Below, piece by piece: positions 42,942 to 53,361 of a stretch of DNA of 64,000 nt (within the stretch, counting starts at the first letter, position 1; the number at the start of each line of letters is the position of its first letter). The notes below the pieces were generated by a model. The model ran no database searches and was not told where the DNA came from. It saw nothing but the letters and a program-made list of their open reading frames with translations. Source of the DNA: Candidatus Latescibacterota bacterium (GTDB lineage Bacteria; Latescibacterota; UBA2968); contig OZ240241.1 of the NCBI GenBank assembly GCA_965198115.1, forward strand, positions 1,952,001 through 2,016,000, in the 5' to 3' direction. The position numbers and the translations under genes are program-made.

Positions 42942-44294
42942 GCGACGGCCATCGTCGGCCCTTGGGGCGTACCTCTCGAGAGGTGCGCCCTTTCTGTTTC
43001 TCACAATGCCAAGGACGCCAATCGCCAACGGCAGCGCCCACACGCACCAGGCGACCCACGGTTCTTCCGTCCAGACCCCGTGAGCGTCGTAGCCGATCAG
43101 CACGTAGTGGGCGACGGCCACAGATCCGGTCAGCGCAATCGCAGGAGCGTAGGGATAGAACGGGAGGAACGGGACGATCCAGAGGCCATACCACGGATGG
43201 AACGTCGGCGTAAGGAGCAGGTAGACCAGACAGAGCACGAACATTCCCAGCAATGCCGGAACACCGCTGAGTGCAACCACGAGCACAGCCGTACAGAACA
43301 AGCCACCCAGAACCGCACGCGCGACGAGCCCATTCCCCGTCAGGTTGCGCAGGATTCGGAAGATCAATCCGTTGAAATCCCAGTTCAAAACGTAGGTCGT
43401 GAGCGAACCGAACGGCGCGATGCCCGCCTCAGCGTAAAACCCGTAGAATCCCGCGCACACCGCGGCGAACACACAGGGAACGGTCCAACCCCGCGAGAGC
43501 AACATCGCCTTCAGGCGCCCGATCGGGCCGGCGTCCTCCTGAGCTGTCGACCAACGCCACAGCACGGGGAGTAAGACAAGGGGAAACACTTTCGTCAGGG
43601 CCGACGCAGCAAGGGCAACCGCAGAACGCCCGGGGCCGCTGACCTGCCCATAGAGTAGTGCCAGCATCACAAAGGCCAGGCCGAGCACATCGATGTGCGC
43701 TTCAATCCCTCCCTCGACCAGCAGAAGCGGGTTCCACCAGTAGAGCAGGAAGGCACGCGGCTCCAGGTCGAAAGCCCGCAGCAACCCGACGATGAACCAG
43801 GCCGTCAGAAGATCGGCGAAGAGGGTGCCTACTTTGATCGACCAGACGGAGTCGTGGAACGCCGTCGCGATTCGAAAAAAGAGTTGGGCGGCAGGCGGGT
43901 AGATCGTGTGCAGGTGGGAATGGTTGATCCGACCTCTAAGCGCTTCGGCACGAACCGAAGGGATCGTGGGCATCTTGTCGGGCGTGTGTGCGTAGGGGTT
44001 GACCCCGGCATTTTGCACGGCCCCGTCCCACACATACCGATAGATGTCGTCGGACAGCGAAGGCGGTGTCACCAGAGTCGTCAGGCGAAAAGCGATGCCG
44101 AACAGAAGAATCGAGCGAAATGAGACATCGGTGCGGGCCCCGATGGCCACGGCATACGCCAAAAAGGCCACCGCATAGCACCCCAGAAACAGGGGAATGT
44201 TCGCCCGCAGATCCTGGCCGAGCAGAAGCACGAGGAAGGCGGCCTGGATCAAAACACCAGCAACGAGGAGTCGCAGGCCTCTCCTGAACTTCAT
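42930..44294 (-). CDS. GT87-like (DUF2029) polytopic glycosyltransferase
   Basis: SLSDDIYRYVWDG..Q..GVNPY, TIYPP, WNPL, H.D, HPWY. Confidence 0.85.
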   Translation of the reverse strand: MKFRRGLRLLVAGVLIQAAFLVLLLGQDLRANIPLFLGCYAVAFLAYAVAIGARTDVSFRSILLFGIAFRLTTLVTPPSLSDDIYRYVWDGAVQNAGVNPYAHTPDKMPTIPSVRAEALRGRINHSHLHTIYPPAAQLFFRIATAFHDSVWSIKVGTLFADLLTAWFIVGLLRAFDLEPRAFLLYWWNPLLLVEGGIEAHIDVLGLAFVMLALLYGQVSGPGRSAVALAASALTKVFPLVLLPVLWRWSTAQEDAGPIGRLKAMLLSRGWTVPCVFAAVCAGFYGFYAEAGIAPFGSLTTYVLNWDFNGLIFRILRNLTGNGLVARAVLGGLFCTAVLVVALSGVPALLGMFVLCLVYLLLTPTFHPWYGLWIVPFLPFYPYAPAIALTGSVAVAHYVLIGYDAHGVWTEEPWVAWCVWALPLAIGVLGIVRNRKGAPLERYAPRADDGRRSGR

Positions 44295-45307
44295 GCGTTA
44301 CGAGCGAACGCTTTGAGCGAAGCCAGATGTCCCTCGTCCCCCAGGGCGATCAGGACATGCCCCTCGTCGATCACGACCGACGCAATCGTTGCGCCCGCAG
44401 TTCGATCTACACGGGGTTGCCCGTCGGCAGATTGGATCCCGATGATGATCGCACCCGTCTCTCCGCCGATGCCCGATTCGCGCAGAGCGCACCCCACCAT
44501 CGGGCTGGCGGCACCGACGTGTACTTCTTCGAGACGCATGGTGATGTCGCCGCCCTCGACGACCACGTCCAAGAAGTCCATCACACTCGGGCGCAGGATA
44601 ACCGACGCGATCCTCCGCCCCGCAATCTGATAGGGCGAAATGACACGGTCGGCACCGGCCTTGATCAGCTTCTTGACCGTTCGCTCCTCCGCCGCGCGCG
44701 CCACGATCGTCAGATCGGGATTCATCGTTCGCGCCGTCAGGACCACGAAGACGTTGACCTCATCCTGACGCAAAGCCGCAACCAGACCCCTTGCCCGATC
44801 GATTCCGGCTTCTAGCAGCGTCTCCTCCTCCTCGGCATCCCCCTCCACGAACAGCACGGACTCGTCCCGTCCCATTTCCGACTCGTCGGGATCACGCTCG
44901 ACGATCACGAAGGGCTCCCCCGCGTGGCGGAACTCTTCGGCGACTTCCTTGCCGACGACCCCACACCCACAGATGATGTAGTGGTCGTCCAGGGCTGCGA
45001 TCGACCGTTCCATCCGGCGCCCCCTCACGAGCTGTAGGATCTGCCCTTCGAAGATGAACGAAATCAGCGTCGTCACCGAATATCCAGCGGTACCGATGCT
45101 GAAAAGCAACAGAAGGATCGTGAATTGCCTCCCCGTGAGGGAAAGCGTGTTGACTTCCCCATACCCCACGGTGGTTACCGTGATCACCGTCATGTAGAGA
45201 CTGTCTGCGATCGGCCAGCCTTCGATGGCTGTATAGCCGAACGTGCCTCCCGCGACGAGCCCGATCAGCAGGAGGAAAGCGATAGAAAATCGGACAACCG
45301 GTCGCAC
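44291..45307 (-). CDS. Potassium channel with RCK_N/RCK_C (TrkA) domains
   Basis: Selectivity filter TTVGYG; HYIICGCGVVG, GDA, GADRVISP; RCK_C-like C-terminus. Confidence 0.92.
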   Translation of the reverse strand: MRPVVRFSIAFLLLIGLVAGGTFGYTAIEGWPIADSLYMTVITVTTVGYGEVNTLSLTGRQFTILLLLFSIGTAGYSVTTLISFIFEGQILQLVRGRRMERSIAALDDHYIICGCGVVGKEVAEEFRHAGEPFVIVERDPDESEMGRDESVLFVEGDAEEEETLLEAGIDRARGLVAALRQDEVNVFVVLTARTMNPDLTIVARAAEERTVKKLIKAGADRVISPYQIAGRRIASVILRPSVMDFLDVVVEGGDITMRLEEVHVGAASPMVGCALRESGIGGETGAIIIGIQSADGQPRVDRTAGATIASVVIDEGHVLIALGDEGHLASLKAFARNA

Positions 45308-45309
45308 GG

Positions 45310-45864
45310 CTACCGTTTCCGCGCTGGGGTGGCAACCCTCGGCCGAGCCATGCGGTATCGGAGTATCCTGTCGGGCAGCATGTCTATGATCTGGTCGCGG
45401 CTTTCGTGGTCCATCGCCCAGTAGTCCGGAATCTTGTAGCGCCTGCCCTCGGTCGGGGTGATGACGATACCCGGTGGGGCCTTACCGTCGAGCGCATCTC
45501 GACTCGGAATCTTGAAGTCCGCCTCCCCCTCGTCGGTCTCCACACGCCAGCGACTGCCGGACCCCTCACGTTCGACGGACTGTATTCGGTAGATGGTCGG
45601 CTCGAAATACTGTTCGCGCAGGAGTCCGTCGATGAGCTCTCTCGACTCCGGATCCATCCCTTCGAGATCGTTCAACAACCCCACTTCGTGGCCAAAAGCG
45701 TCGAGGAAACTGACGAATTCCTGGGGACGGCTCTGTGGAAAAACTCTGACGACCTTGCTGATGGCGTAGGTCTCCCCCGGTTCCTCAGAACCATTCGCAA
45801 CTCGAAGCGTGAAGCCGCCATCACCCTGCCGGCTGAAGGTCAGTTCTCTCGCGATCAGGTTCAT
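45310..45864 (-). CDS. DUF1854-like protein
   Basis: VRVFP.S.P.EFVS..D..G.EVG...YFEP.I.RI...W.VETDEG pattern. Confidence 0.75.
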   Translation of the reverse strand: MNLIARELTFSRQGDGGFTLRVANGSEEPGETYAISKVVRVFPQSRPQEFVSFLDAFGHEVGLLNDLEGMDPESRELIDGLLREQYFEPTIYRIQSVEREGSGSRWRVETDEGEADFKIPSRDALDGKAPPGIVITPTEGRRYKIPDYWAMDHESRDQIIDMLPDRILRYRMARPRVATPARKR

Positions 45865-45889
45865 CGATGTCCTCGCCAGAACGACTACA

Positions 45890-45930
45890 AAAGAGAAAAG
45901 CTCATCGACACCCCTATCGGGACGATGAGC
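45890..45930 (-). terminator. Intrinsic terminator after diadenylate cyclase gene
   Basis: Minus strand GCTCATCG...CGATGAGC stem followed by TTTTCTCTTTT. Confidence 0.7.
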
Positions 45931-45959
45931 AGACAGCAAAGCTTGGATGGATGAAGAAG

Positions 45960-46865
45960 CTACCTCCCCCGCAGCCGCCGACGAGGGGGATCGATCCGCA
46001 TGACGATCTGGCCGTTTCGGAACGCTCGAACCGTGCCGGTTGTCTCCGACACGGCGACGGCGATCGCTTTCAGTTGCTTCGTAATGGAGGCCGCTGCAAC
46101 GTGACGGGCGCCCAGTCCTTTAGGCAGGGTCACGCCCTTCACATCCGACGCAATGTATCTGCCCGCCGACAGCACCACGCCGTTGGCCTGGATGATGAAC
46201 GCCCCGTCCATCAAGGCGACCTCTTTGATGCCTTCCCTGATGTCGGGATTCGTGATGTTCTTTTCCCGTTCCGAATACCCCCGAAACGGGTCGAACGTCA
46301 TTGGACGCGAGTGCCGCATGACACGTTCTGCGTCACCGATCACGAAGAGCGTGCCCACCGGATCGCCTTCTCTTCCCTCCTGGCCGATGTCGACGGCGAT
46401 ATCGAGCAAAGATTTGACCACTTCGATCGGCAGATCTCCAGCCAACTCGGCGATGCTGTCAGGATGATATCCTTCAAAACCCTTGCTCGTGTCCACTACG
46501 ATGAGGGAGTCGACCCCGCGGCGTTCGTAGAGTCCGAACAGGCAGACCAGCCGGCTGCCGCGTTTGATGTAGCCGCCCTCCATGCCCAGAACGATGCCCA
46601 TGCGAACGCGCTCGAAATGGGAGGTGTCGTCGGGTCGAAAGTCGTAGTGGATGCGCCAGATCCCGAGGGCTTCGGTATCCAGCAAGAACCGAGGATTGGA
46701 TGTCACCACGAGGATCTGCGCCTCGTCGCTGAGCGACTCGAGTGCGCGCCGGTTGACGGCGGCATCGGCGAGGATCAGAATGAGGTCGGCCTTGACGTCC
46801 TTGGCGAGCTCACCGGCAGAAGCCAGCATCAGTCCCGGGAGGGCCGGTTTTTTCGAGCGGCTCAA
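45960..46865 (-). CDS. Diadenylate cyclase, CdaZ/DacZ-type (N-terminal PK_C-like domain plus DisA_N domain)
   Basis: EGREGDPVGTLFVIGD, KEVALMDGAF (DGA), GLGARHVAAASIT, VSET.G.V. Confidence 0.85.
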   Translation of the reverse strand: MSRSKKPALPGLMLASAGELAKDVKADLILILADAAVNRRALESLSDEAQILVVTSNPRFLLDTEALGIWRIHYDFRPDDTSHFERVRMGIVLGMEGGYIKRGSRLVCLFGLYERRGVDSLIVVDTSKGFEGYHPDSIAELAGDLPIEVVKSLLDIAVDIGQEGREGDPVGTLFVIGDAERVMRHSRPMTFDPFRGYSEREKNITNPDIREGIKEVALMDGAFIIQANGVVLSAGRYIASDVKGVTLPKGLGARHVAAASITKQLKAIAVAVSETTGTVRAFRNGQIVMRIDPPRRRLRGR

Positions 46866-46908
46866 ACGACGTCTCCAAGTGCAAGTGTCGCGGGTCGAAC
46901 AGCCAGGA

Positions 46909-47547
46909 TCAGCGCCTGGTGAAGCGCCGGCGCCGTCCGAATTGAGGGGGTTCGGACGCTGCCGCGGGTCTGGACCCTTCGTCGGGTGGCTCCGGGGAGG
47001 ACGCTCGGACCCCGCCCTGGACCTCCAGGTAGGCGGCTGGAACCTCGCGGGTCAGCACCGTCGGTCCACAGTCGTAAAAGGCAACCCCGGACTCGTGCGC
47101 TTCGAGTGCGGCCACTCGAATAATCGTGTCGGTGTCTCGCCCGAGCCGGCCGGCCACGTCTGCATCGAAAGAGAGGTGAACATACTGCCTGTCGCCCGGG
47201 GAGAGCCCGTCGGCCATAATCCGGTCTATGTCTTTGGAGGGCGCCCCCTTGTAGAGGGCTTCGGGAGGCTCGAAAGGATCCTGTCCGAGGTCGATTTCGA
47301 AACTGTGCCCGTAGCGTGCCCTGATCTTGCCCTCTACGATCTCGAAACGCTGCTTTTCTGGCGCGTCAACGACCCGCTCAACATCGACCATTCCGATGCG
47401 TTCGTCCCGACCCTGCAGTGCTCGGACGACGACGTCGAGGTCGGCGAACCCGTGTGCGTCGACCTCGACGTCGAACTCCTGCGGCCTGTGCCGCAACATT
47501 AGGGAGAGCATTTTCGAGACCCGAACGGTCGTGGCTCTGGCTGGCAT
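46909..47547 (-). CDS. kptA: RNA 2'-phosphotransferase (KptA/Tpt1)
   Basis: SKMLSLMLRH.P, KQRFE, IRARYGHS, RQYVHLS. Confidence 0.88.
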   Translation of the reverse strand: MPARATTVRVSKMLSLMLRHRPQEFDVEVDAHGFADLDVVVRALQGRDERIGMVDVERVVDAPEKQRFEIVEGKIRARYGHSFEIDLGQDPFEPPEALYKGAPSKDIDRIMADGLSPGDRQYVHLSFDADVAGRLGRDTDTIIRVAALEAHESGVAFYDCGPTVLTREVPAAYLEVQGGVRASSPEPPDEGSRPAAASEPPQFGRRRRFTRR

Positions 47548-47636
47548 GATGATGGCCTTTCGTTACTCGGGAAGCGACCTCGCCGGATCTGGCATTTTTT
47601 GATTGTAGGCCAGCCCCCATGCGAAGTCAAAACAGC

Positions 47637-49019
47637 TCAGATCGGATCGCGATACATCTCTGGCTCTTCGAAGCGCCCGTATTGACCCAGGAAGGTGAGG
47701 AAGACACTCCCAGTCGGCCCATTTCTCTGCTTTCCGATGATGATCTCGGCCACACCCTCCTGGGTGTTTCCCTCTTCATCCGTGATCCCGTAAACATCGG
47801 GTCTGTAAAGAAAGGCCACGACGTCGGCATCCTGCTCGATACTGCCCGATTCTCGCAGGTCGGCGAGGTTGGGACGCTTGTCGGGACGTTGCTCGACGGC
47901 GCGTGAGAGCTGGGCGCACGCCAACACGGGAACGTCGAGCTCCTTTGCCAGCGCCTTGAGGGAGCGCGAAATTCGCGCGATCTCTTGTTCTCGGTTATCC
48001 GTCCGGTCGTTGGTCGTCATCAGCTGGAGATAATCGACGACGATCATTCCGATCTGGTGCTCGGACTTGGCACGGCGCGCCTTGGCCCTCATTTCCATGA
48101 TGGAAATCCCGGGCGTATCGTCGATGTAAATCGGTGCCTCGACGAGCTTGCCTGTCCACGCCGCCAGCCGCTGCCACTCCTCGTCCGTCAGTCGGCCCGT
48201 GCGCAGCCGGTGGTTGTCGACACGCGCCTCGGCGACGAGGAGCTTCTGCGCGATCTGTTGCGTCGACATCTCCAGTGAAAAAAACAGAACCGGGACTCCG
48301 CTCCGCACGGCAGCGTTGCGTGCCATGCATAAGACAATCGACGTTTTCCCCATGGCGGGTCGTGCAGCCAGGATGACGAGATCCGAACGCTGAAGACCCG
48401 CCGTATACTCGTCCAGGTCGGTGTAACCCGTCGTCACGCCGGTCAACGACCCCGGGTTTTGATGGGCCCGCTCGATCGCCGCGAACGTCTCCCCCATTAC
48501 CGACTCGAGCGACACCACACCGCTTCCCAGTTCCCTTTCGGCGATCTGGAACACGCGCTGCTCGGCACGGTCGATCACGTCGCGAATGTCCTCGGTCTTC
48601 CGGTAGCTTTCTTCGACCGTTTGCGTCGATGCGTCGATGAGACGCCGGCGAAGTGCAGCTTCGAGGACGATCCGGGCGTGATACTCGGCGTTCACCGCCG
48701 TCGCCATTTCTCCGGCCAAAGAAGCGACTGTAGCGGCCCCGCCTATTTCGTCGAGCCCGCCCTTTCTCGAAAGCTCTTCCGAAACCGTGACCTGATCGGC
48801 GGGATCACCCCGTTCGTAAAGGGACAGGATGGACGCGTAGATCTTCCGATGAGCCGTGTTGTAGAAGGCGGACTCGTCACCCAGCGTCTCGACGACACGA
48901 CTGATCGCCTCGTTGTCGAGAAGCATCGCGCCCAGCACCGCCTTTTCTACTTCCACCTCCTGCGGCGTGACCCGGTCGATGCCCGGGCGCTCTTCACGCG
49001 TCTGTTGGCCGATTGACAA
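47637..49019 (-). CDS. dnaB: Replicative DNA helicase
   Basis: AARPAMGKT, FFSLEM, VDYLQL, QLSRAVE, DLRESGSIEQDAD, KQRNGPTG. Confidence 0.98.
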   Translation of the reverse strand: MSIGQQTREERPGIDRVTPQEVEVEKAVLGAMLLDNEAISRVVETLGDESAFYNTAHRKIYASILSLYERGDPADQVTVSEELSRKGGLDEIGGAATVASLAGEMATAVNAEYHARIVLEAALRRRLIDASTQTVEESYRKTEDIRDVIDRAEQRVFQIAERELGSGVVSLESVMGETFAAIERAHQNPGSLTGVTTGYTDLDEYTAGLQRSDLVILAARPAMGKTSIVLCMARNAAVRSGVPVLFFSLEMSTQQIAQKLLVAEARVDNHRLRTGRLTDEEWQRLAAWTGKLVEAPIYIDDTPGISIMEMRAKARRAKSEHQIGMIVVDYLQLMTTNDRTDNREQEIARISRSLKALAKELDVPVLACAQLSRAVEQRPDKRPNLADLRESGSIEQDADVVAFLYRPDVYGITDEEGNTQEGVAEIIIGKQRNGPTGSVFLTFLGQYGRFEEPEMYRDPI

Positions 49020-49028
49020 AGTAAACTC

Positions 49029-49724
49029 CTACAGTTTGACGCCGTCGTATTCCAGTCGAAGCCGCTTCAGGTCTTCCCACGTGGGTCGCTTCCACTGAGG
49101 GTTGCGTAACAAAGCGGCGGGATGATAGGTCGGAACCACTTTCACACCCTCATAGTCGTAGACTCTCCCCCTCAGACGCCCCATTCCGGTCGTTGTTTTG
49201 AGCAGGGTCTGAGCCGCAAACCGTCCGAGCGTACAGATGACGCGCGGGCCCAAGATCTCGATCTGGCGTTTGAGGAGCGGTTCGCACGCCGCGATCTCGT
49301 CGGCCTGAGGGTCGCGATTGCGGGGTGGTCGGCACTTGATCACATTCGCGATGTAAACGGTGTCCCGCGTCAGTCCGATCGCCTCGATCATTTTCGTCAA
49401 CAGGGCGCCCGAAGCGCCGACGAACGGCAGTCCCTGGCGATCTTCTTCCTGCCCCGGCGCCTCCCCGACAAACATGACGTCCGCATCGGGCGAACCTGAC
49501 CCGAACACGACGTGGGTCCGGCCCTCGCACAGGCCGCACGCGCGACAGTCCGACGCCTCCTCCGCAAAGGCAGTCAACGTGGCCAGCGGGGCCAACTCTG
49601 CGGAGGACGACGGCTTCGATGGGTGAGGTGCCTCGCAAGGGAGGGTCGTCACGCCCATCTCACCCTGAAAGGAGAGAAAGTCTCTCACAAGGGCGAGAAC
49701 GTCTCCCGAGATCTTTGTGCTCAA
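49029..49724 (-). CDS. Uracil-DNA glycosylase family 4
   Basis: [36 protein letters not shown]; TTG start overlaps coaBC stop. Confidence 0.93.
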   Translation of the reverse strand: MSTKISGDVLALVRDFLSFQGEMGVTTLPCEAPHPSKPSSSAELAPLATLTAFAEEASDCRACGLCEGRTHVVFGSGSPDADVMFVGEAPGQEEDRQGLPFVGASGALLTKMIEAIGLTRDTVYIANVIKCRPPRNRDPQADEIAACEPLLKRQIEILGPRVICTLGRFAAQTLLKTTTGMGRLRGRVYDYEGVKVVPTYHPAALLRNPQWKRPTWEDLKRLRLEYDGVKL

Positions 49725-50929
49725 GAGTCCCCCCACGCATCCACCATCCAGTCGAGGATGAGGTCGCCGACTTCGTATTTTGACATCTTCGGATGGGGTG
49801 TTGTCCGGTCGTTCTGGTCGATCAGAGTCACGACGTTGGTGTCGACGCCGAACCCGGCTCCCTCGGTGTTCAGGTCGTTCAAAACGATCATGTCCAAGTG
49901 CTTGTCGACCAGCTTCTTGCGCGCATTCGCCTCGGCATCGTCCGTTTCCATCGCGAACCCGACCACGAGTCGGCTGCCCTTGTTCGCGCCAAGGTCCACC
50001 AAGAAATCGTTCGTAGTCTTCAAGTCGAGCCTCAGCCCGTCGTCCGACTTCTTGATCTTCCCCTTTGCGACCGACTCGGGCCGGAAGTCGAGCACGGCTG
50101 CCGTCATGATCAGGCCGTCTGCCGTTTCGAATGCCGACCGTGTTGCACCATCCATCTCGGCGACGGTCCGAACCGGCACGTGTTCGACACCGCGGGGCGG
50201 CGTCAGGTCGGTTGGGCCGCTCACGAGCGTAACGGCAGCTCCCCGCGCCCGTGCCCGTGCGGCGACCGCATACCCCATTTTGCCAGTTGAGCGATTCGTG
50301 ATGAACCGTACGGGATCGATGTCTTCCTCCGTTCGTCCCGCGGTGACCACGAGTCGGCGGCCCAGGAGATCCTGGGAACGATCGGAGAGCAACGCGTCGA
50401 CCGCTTCGACGATCGCGACCGGCTCGGCCATTCGCCCGACGCCGCTCGCTCCGGAAGCCAGGGGGCCAGAATCGGGCCCGATGAATGTATACCCACACCC
50501 CCAGAGTGCGGCCAGGTTCTGTTGTACGGCGGGGTGCTCGTACATGGAGGTCTCCATGGCAGGAGCGGCCAGGACAGGACGATCCGTCGCTAGAAGAACA
50601 CAACTCACGAGGTCGTCGGCCAGTCCGTTCGCCGCCTTCCCCAACAGATCGGCCGTGGCGGGAGCAACCACCACGGCATCTGGCCAGCCGGCGAGTTCGA
50701 CGTGCAAGACGTCGGGATCGCCGGACTCTGGAAACAACTCGACGTGAACGCGTTTGTGAGACAGCGCCTCGAAAGTCAGGGGCTGCACGAACCGCGTGGC
50801 GGCGCGCGTCATAATCACCCGTACATCGATACCCAGACGCTGAAGTCCTCGAAGAACCTCCACCGCCTTGTAGGCGGCGATCCCACCGCTAACGCTAAGC
50901 AGAACCTTCTTCGGATTCCTCTGACTCAC
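49721..50929 (-). CDS. coaBC: Phosphopantothenoylcysteine decarboxylase/ligase
   Basis: [48 protein letters not shown]. Confidence 0.97.
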   Translation of the reverse strand: MSQRNPKKVLLSVSGGIAAYKAVEVLRGLQRLGIDVRVIMTRAATRFVQPLTFEALSHKRVHVELFPESGDPDVLHVELAGWPDAVVVAPATADLLGKAANGLADDLVSCVLLATDRPVLAAPAMETSMYEHPAVQQNLAALWGCGYTFIGPDSGPLASGASGVGRMAEPVAIVEAVDALLSDRSQDLLGRRLVVTAGRTEEDIDPVRFITNRSTGKMGYAVAARARARGAAVTLVSGPTDLTPPRGVEHVPVRTVAEMDGATRSAFETADGLIMTAAVLDFRPESVAKGKIKKSDDGLRLDLKTTNDFLVDLGANKGSRLVVGFAMETDDAEANARKKLVDKHLDMIVLNDLNTEGAGFGVDTNVVTLIDQNDRTTPHPKMSKYEVGDLILDWMVDAWGDS

Positions 50930-51137
50930 TTTCGGTTTCAGCCTCCCTCGTCATCTCGATCTTGCCATCCGTAATCCGTCCGAGCGAAACGGTGGTGATC
51001 TTCTCGACCCCATCGGGCAGGTCGGCGTTGAGGCGAGTCTGGTTCAACCGTCGCGACTCCCTCGAGGCCAGGATGACCGCCTCGTACAGGTTCACGCCCG
51101 TTTCGACGAGTTCTTCGGAATAATACGTCTTGGCCAC
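50895..51137 (-). CDS. rpoZ: RNA polymerase omega subunit
   Basis: NLYEAVILASRESRRLN; gmk-rpoZ-coaBC synteny. Confidence 0.8.
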   Translation of the reverse strand: MAKTYYSEELVETGVNLYEAVILASRESRRLNQTRLNADLPDGVEKITTVSLGRITDGKIEMTREAETESESEESEEGSA

Positions 51138-51138
51138 G

Positions 51139-51843
51139 TCAGTCTCCTCTGTTTGTTAACGGCAACCCCAATGCACGGAATGTCCGGTCGTTGCGTCGGG
51201 CCTTCAGCCTCTCCGCACACAGAACGCTCTTCACGCGTTTCACGGCTTCCTCCAACTCGTGGTTCACAACAACGTAATCGTAAGTCGAGGCGTGTCCCAT
51301 TTCGCGTCGGGCTCGTTCGGTCCGAGCCTTCAACGACGATGCCTCCTCGGACCGTCGGTTCGACAACCGCTTGGTCAACTCTTCGATCGAGGGCGGAAGA
51401 ACAAAAAGCGTCACGCAGTGTTCGCCGAGCAGATGTCGCCACGTCTGCGCGCCCTGAACGTCGACATCGACCAGCAGGAAGGGGGAGCGTTCGAAAGCGG
51501 CCTCGACAGACGCGATCGTCGCTCCATAGTGATGGCCGTAGACGACGGCGTGTTCGATGAAGATTCCCTCTTCGACACACGCCTCGAACGCGTCTTCGGT
51601 CACGAAGTGATAGTCGACACCGTCCACTTCCCCGTCTCGGATGGGACGTGTCGTCGTCGTCACGCAGGGGCCGATCTCCGGAAACGCCGCGAGCGTCGCC
51701 TCGCAAATCGACGTCTTGCCCACACCCGACGGCCCCGAGACCACGAGGGCGAACCCCCCCTCTGCTCGGGCAAGAATTGCCTGAATCGCCTCGCGATGTG
51801 CCGAATCGACCGCCGCTGCGTCAGACATGCGCGCCTCATTCAA
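51139..51843 (-). CDS. gmk: Guanylate kinase
   Basis: VSGPSGVGKT, TTRPIRDGEVDGVDYHFV, DVDVQGA. Confidence 0.96.
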   Translation of the reverse strand: MNEARMSDAAAVDSAHREAIQAILARAEGGFALVVSGPSGVGKTSICEATLAAFPEIGPCVTTTTRPIRDGEVDGVDYHFVTEDAFEACVEEGIFIEHAVVYGHHYGATIASVEAAFERSPFLLVDVDVQGAQTWRHLLGEHCVTLFVLPPSIEELTKRLSNRRSEEASSLKARTERARREMGHASTYDYVVVNHELEEAVKRVKSVLCAERLKARRNDRTFRALGLPLTNRGD

Positions 51844-52714
51844 CGTTGAGGACCTGCTCCTTCAGCTTTTCGATCTCTTCCTTGATATCGACCACGAGGT
51901 GGGCGATATCGGCATCCGATGCCTTCGAGCCGATCGTGTTGGCTTCCCGCAACATCTCCTGAAGCAGAAAGTTGAGGCGTCGTCCGGCCGCTTCGTCCCG
52001 CTTCAGAGTGTCGGAGAACTGCTGATTATGACTGTGGAACCGCACACACTCCTCGGTGATGTCCCCTCGATCGGCAATCAGGGCGATTTCCGTCAACAGC
52101 CGACTCTCGTCGACCTGGTCTGGCGCCAGCAAGGACGATAGCTTTTCCTCCAGGCGCTTGCGCGCGGTCTCGGTCCGTTCCGGCGCCAAACGCTCGACCT
52201 CACCAACCAGTTCCCGCAGTCGGTCCACTCGCGATACGAAATCTTCGCCGAGCTTGGCGCCTTCGGCTCGACGCATCGAGGCACACTGGGCCGCCGCCGC
52301 CCCGCAGGCCGTCTCCATCGCGTTCCACGCCGCTTCGACATCGACCTCGGCCGCCTCGAAAGTGAAGACATTCGGCAGGCCGGCCAGCTCGGTCACGGTG
52401 AACTCTCCGGCCACGAGGTCTCGATCTTTGAGGTTCTGGAGCTCCGACAGGTAGGCGCCGACTACCTCTTCGTTCAGACTCGGCAGTCCCTGGCCGCTCG
52501 AATCGCCCTTCACGGTGACGCTTACATCGATACGACCCCGGGAAAACGACTGCAGTACAAGGTTCTTGACCCGCGATTCGAGCTCGGACAGGTAGCGTGG
52601 CAGATGAATCGACACATCGCCGTAACGGCCGTTGACAGTCCTGATTTCGACCGCGAAACAGACGCCCTCTGCCTGCGCTTCACCCTTACCGAACCCGGTC
52701 ATACTGCTGATCAT
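51836..52714 (-). CDS. yicC: YicC/YloC family endoribonuclease
   Basis: MISSMTGFG, EIRTVNGRY, DITEE..R, GRRLNFLLQEMLREANTIGSK. Confidence 0.95.
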   Translation of the reverse strand: MISSMTGFGKGEAQAEGVCFAVEIRTVNGRYGDVSIHLPRYLSELESRVKNLVLQSFSRGRIDVSVTVKGDSSGQGLPSLNEEVVGAYLSELQNLKDRDLVAGEFTVTELAGLPNVFTFEAAEVDVEAAWNAMETACGAAAAQCASMRRAEGAKLGEDFVSRVDRLRELVGEVERLAPERTETARKRLEEKLSSLLAPDQVDESRLLTEIALIADRGDITEECVRFHSHNQQFSDTLKRDEAAGRRLNFLLQEMLREANTIGSKASDADIAHLVVDIKEEIEKLKEQVLNVE

Positions 52715-52755
52715 GCAGCTTTCGCCCCAAAAATTGACTAAAAGGCCAACCGGAA

Positions 52756-53361
52756 ATGGATAAACTTAAGCTTCTGCGCGATTTCTGTCAAACGAGCGGG
52801 CTCGGATCCCCCCTCGTTTTGGTCAGTTCTTTGTTCCTGGTCCAGTCGAACCCGGCGTGGGCGGAGACGTCGCCCCCGGCAACCGTGTCGACCGTCGTGA
52901 AGGAGGTCCGCCAGGTGTCCGATGGCGCCGGTGCCCAGTATGTGGCCTATCTCTACGACGCCGTGGACGACCGCGCGTTGCCCATCTGGATCAGCCCGAA
53001 TCAGGCCTTCTCGATCGCCACCGTCCTCTCAACGATACGCCCTTCCCAAGACCGCTCACGCACGACCTGATGTCGGCCTTCCTCAAGGAAACCCAGACCA
53101 GCCTCGAGCGAATCGTCATCGACACGCTGCGCCCCACGACCGACGATCGTTCCAGCGCCACCTATTTCGCGACCCTCACGTTGCGCACCTCTGGCGGAAC
53201 GGAGATTCAACTCGACGCCCGGCCCAGCGACGCCATGGCCCTGGCCGTCCGTCTCGGACTCGCCGTTCACGTTTCGCGAGCGATCATGGATCACAACGGC
53301 CTGACCGACGAACACCCCCCCCACCGCGCCGAAATCGACCGAAGAAGATCCGTACTACTGA
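52756..53361 (+). CDS. Bifunctional nuclease (DUF151) protein with possible signal peptide; two apparent frameshifts
   Basis: LPIWI...A.SIA | PRPLTHDL...YFATL...[13 protein letters not shown]; shifts at CTCTC 53026-53030 and C8 53315-53322; start uncertain. Confidence 0.75.
52763..52791 (-). promoter_or_regulatory. Sigma70-type promoter of yicC-gmk-rpoZ-coaBC operon
   Basis: TTGACA, 17 bp spacer, TAAGTT. Confidence 0.7.

Noticed and set aside
45865-45959. c-di-AMP riboswitch or T-box between cyclase and DUF1854
   Set aside because: Only 95 bp and lacks the conserved motifs of either; a plain terminator suffices
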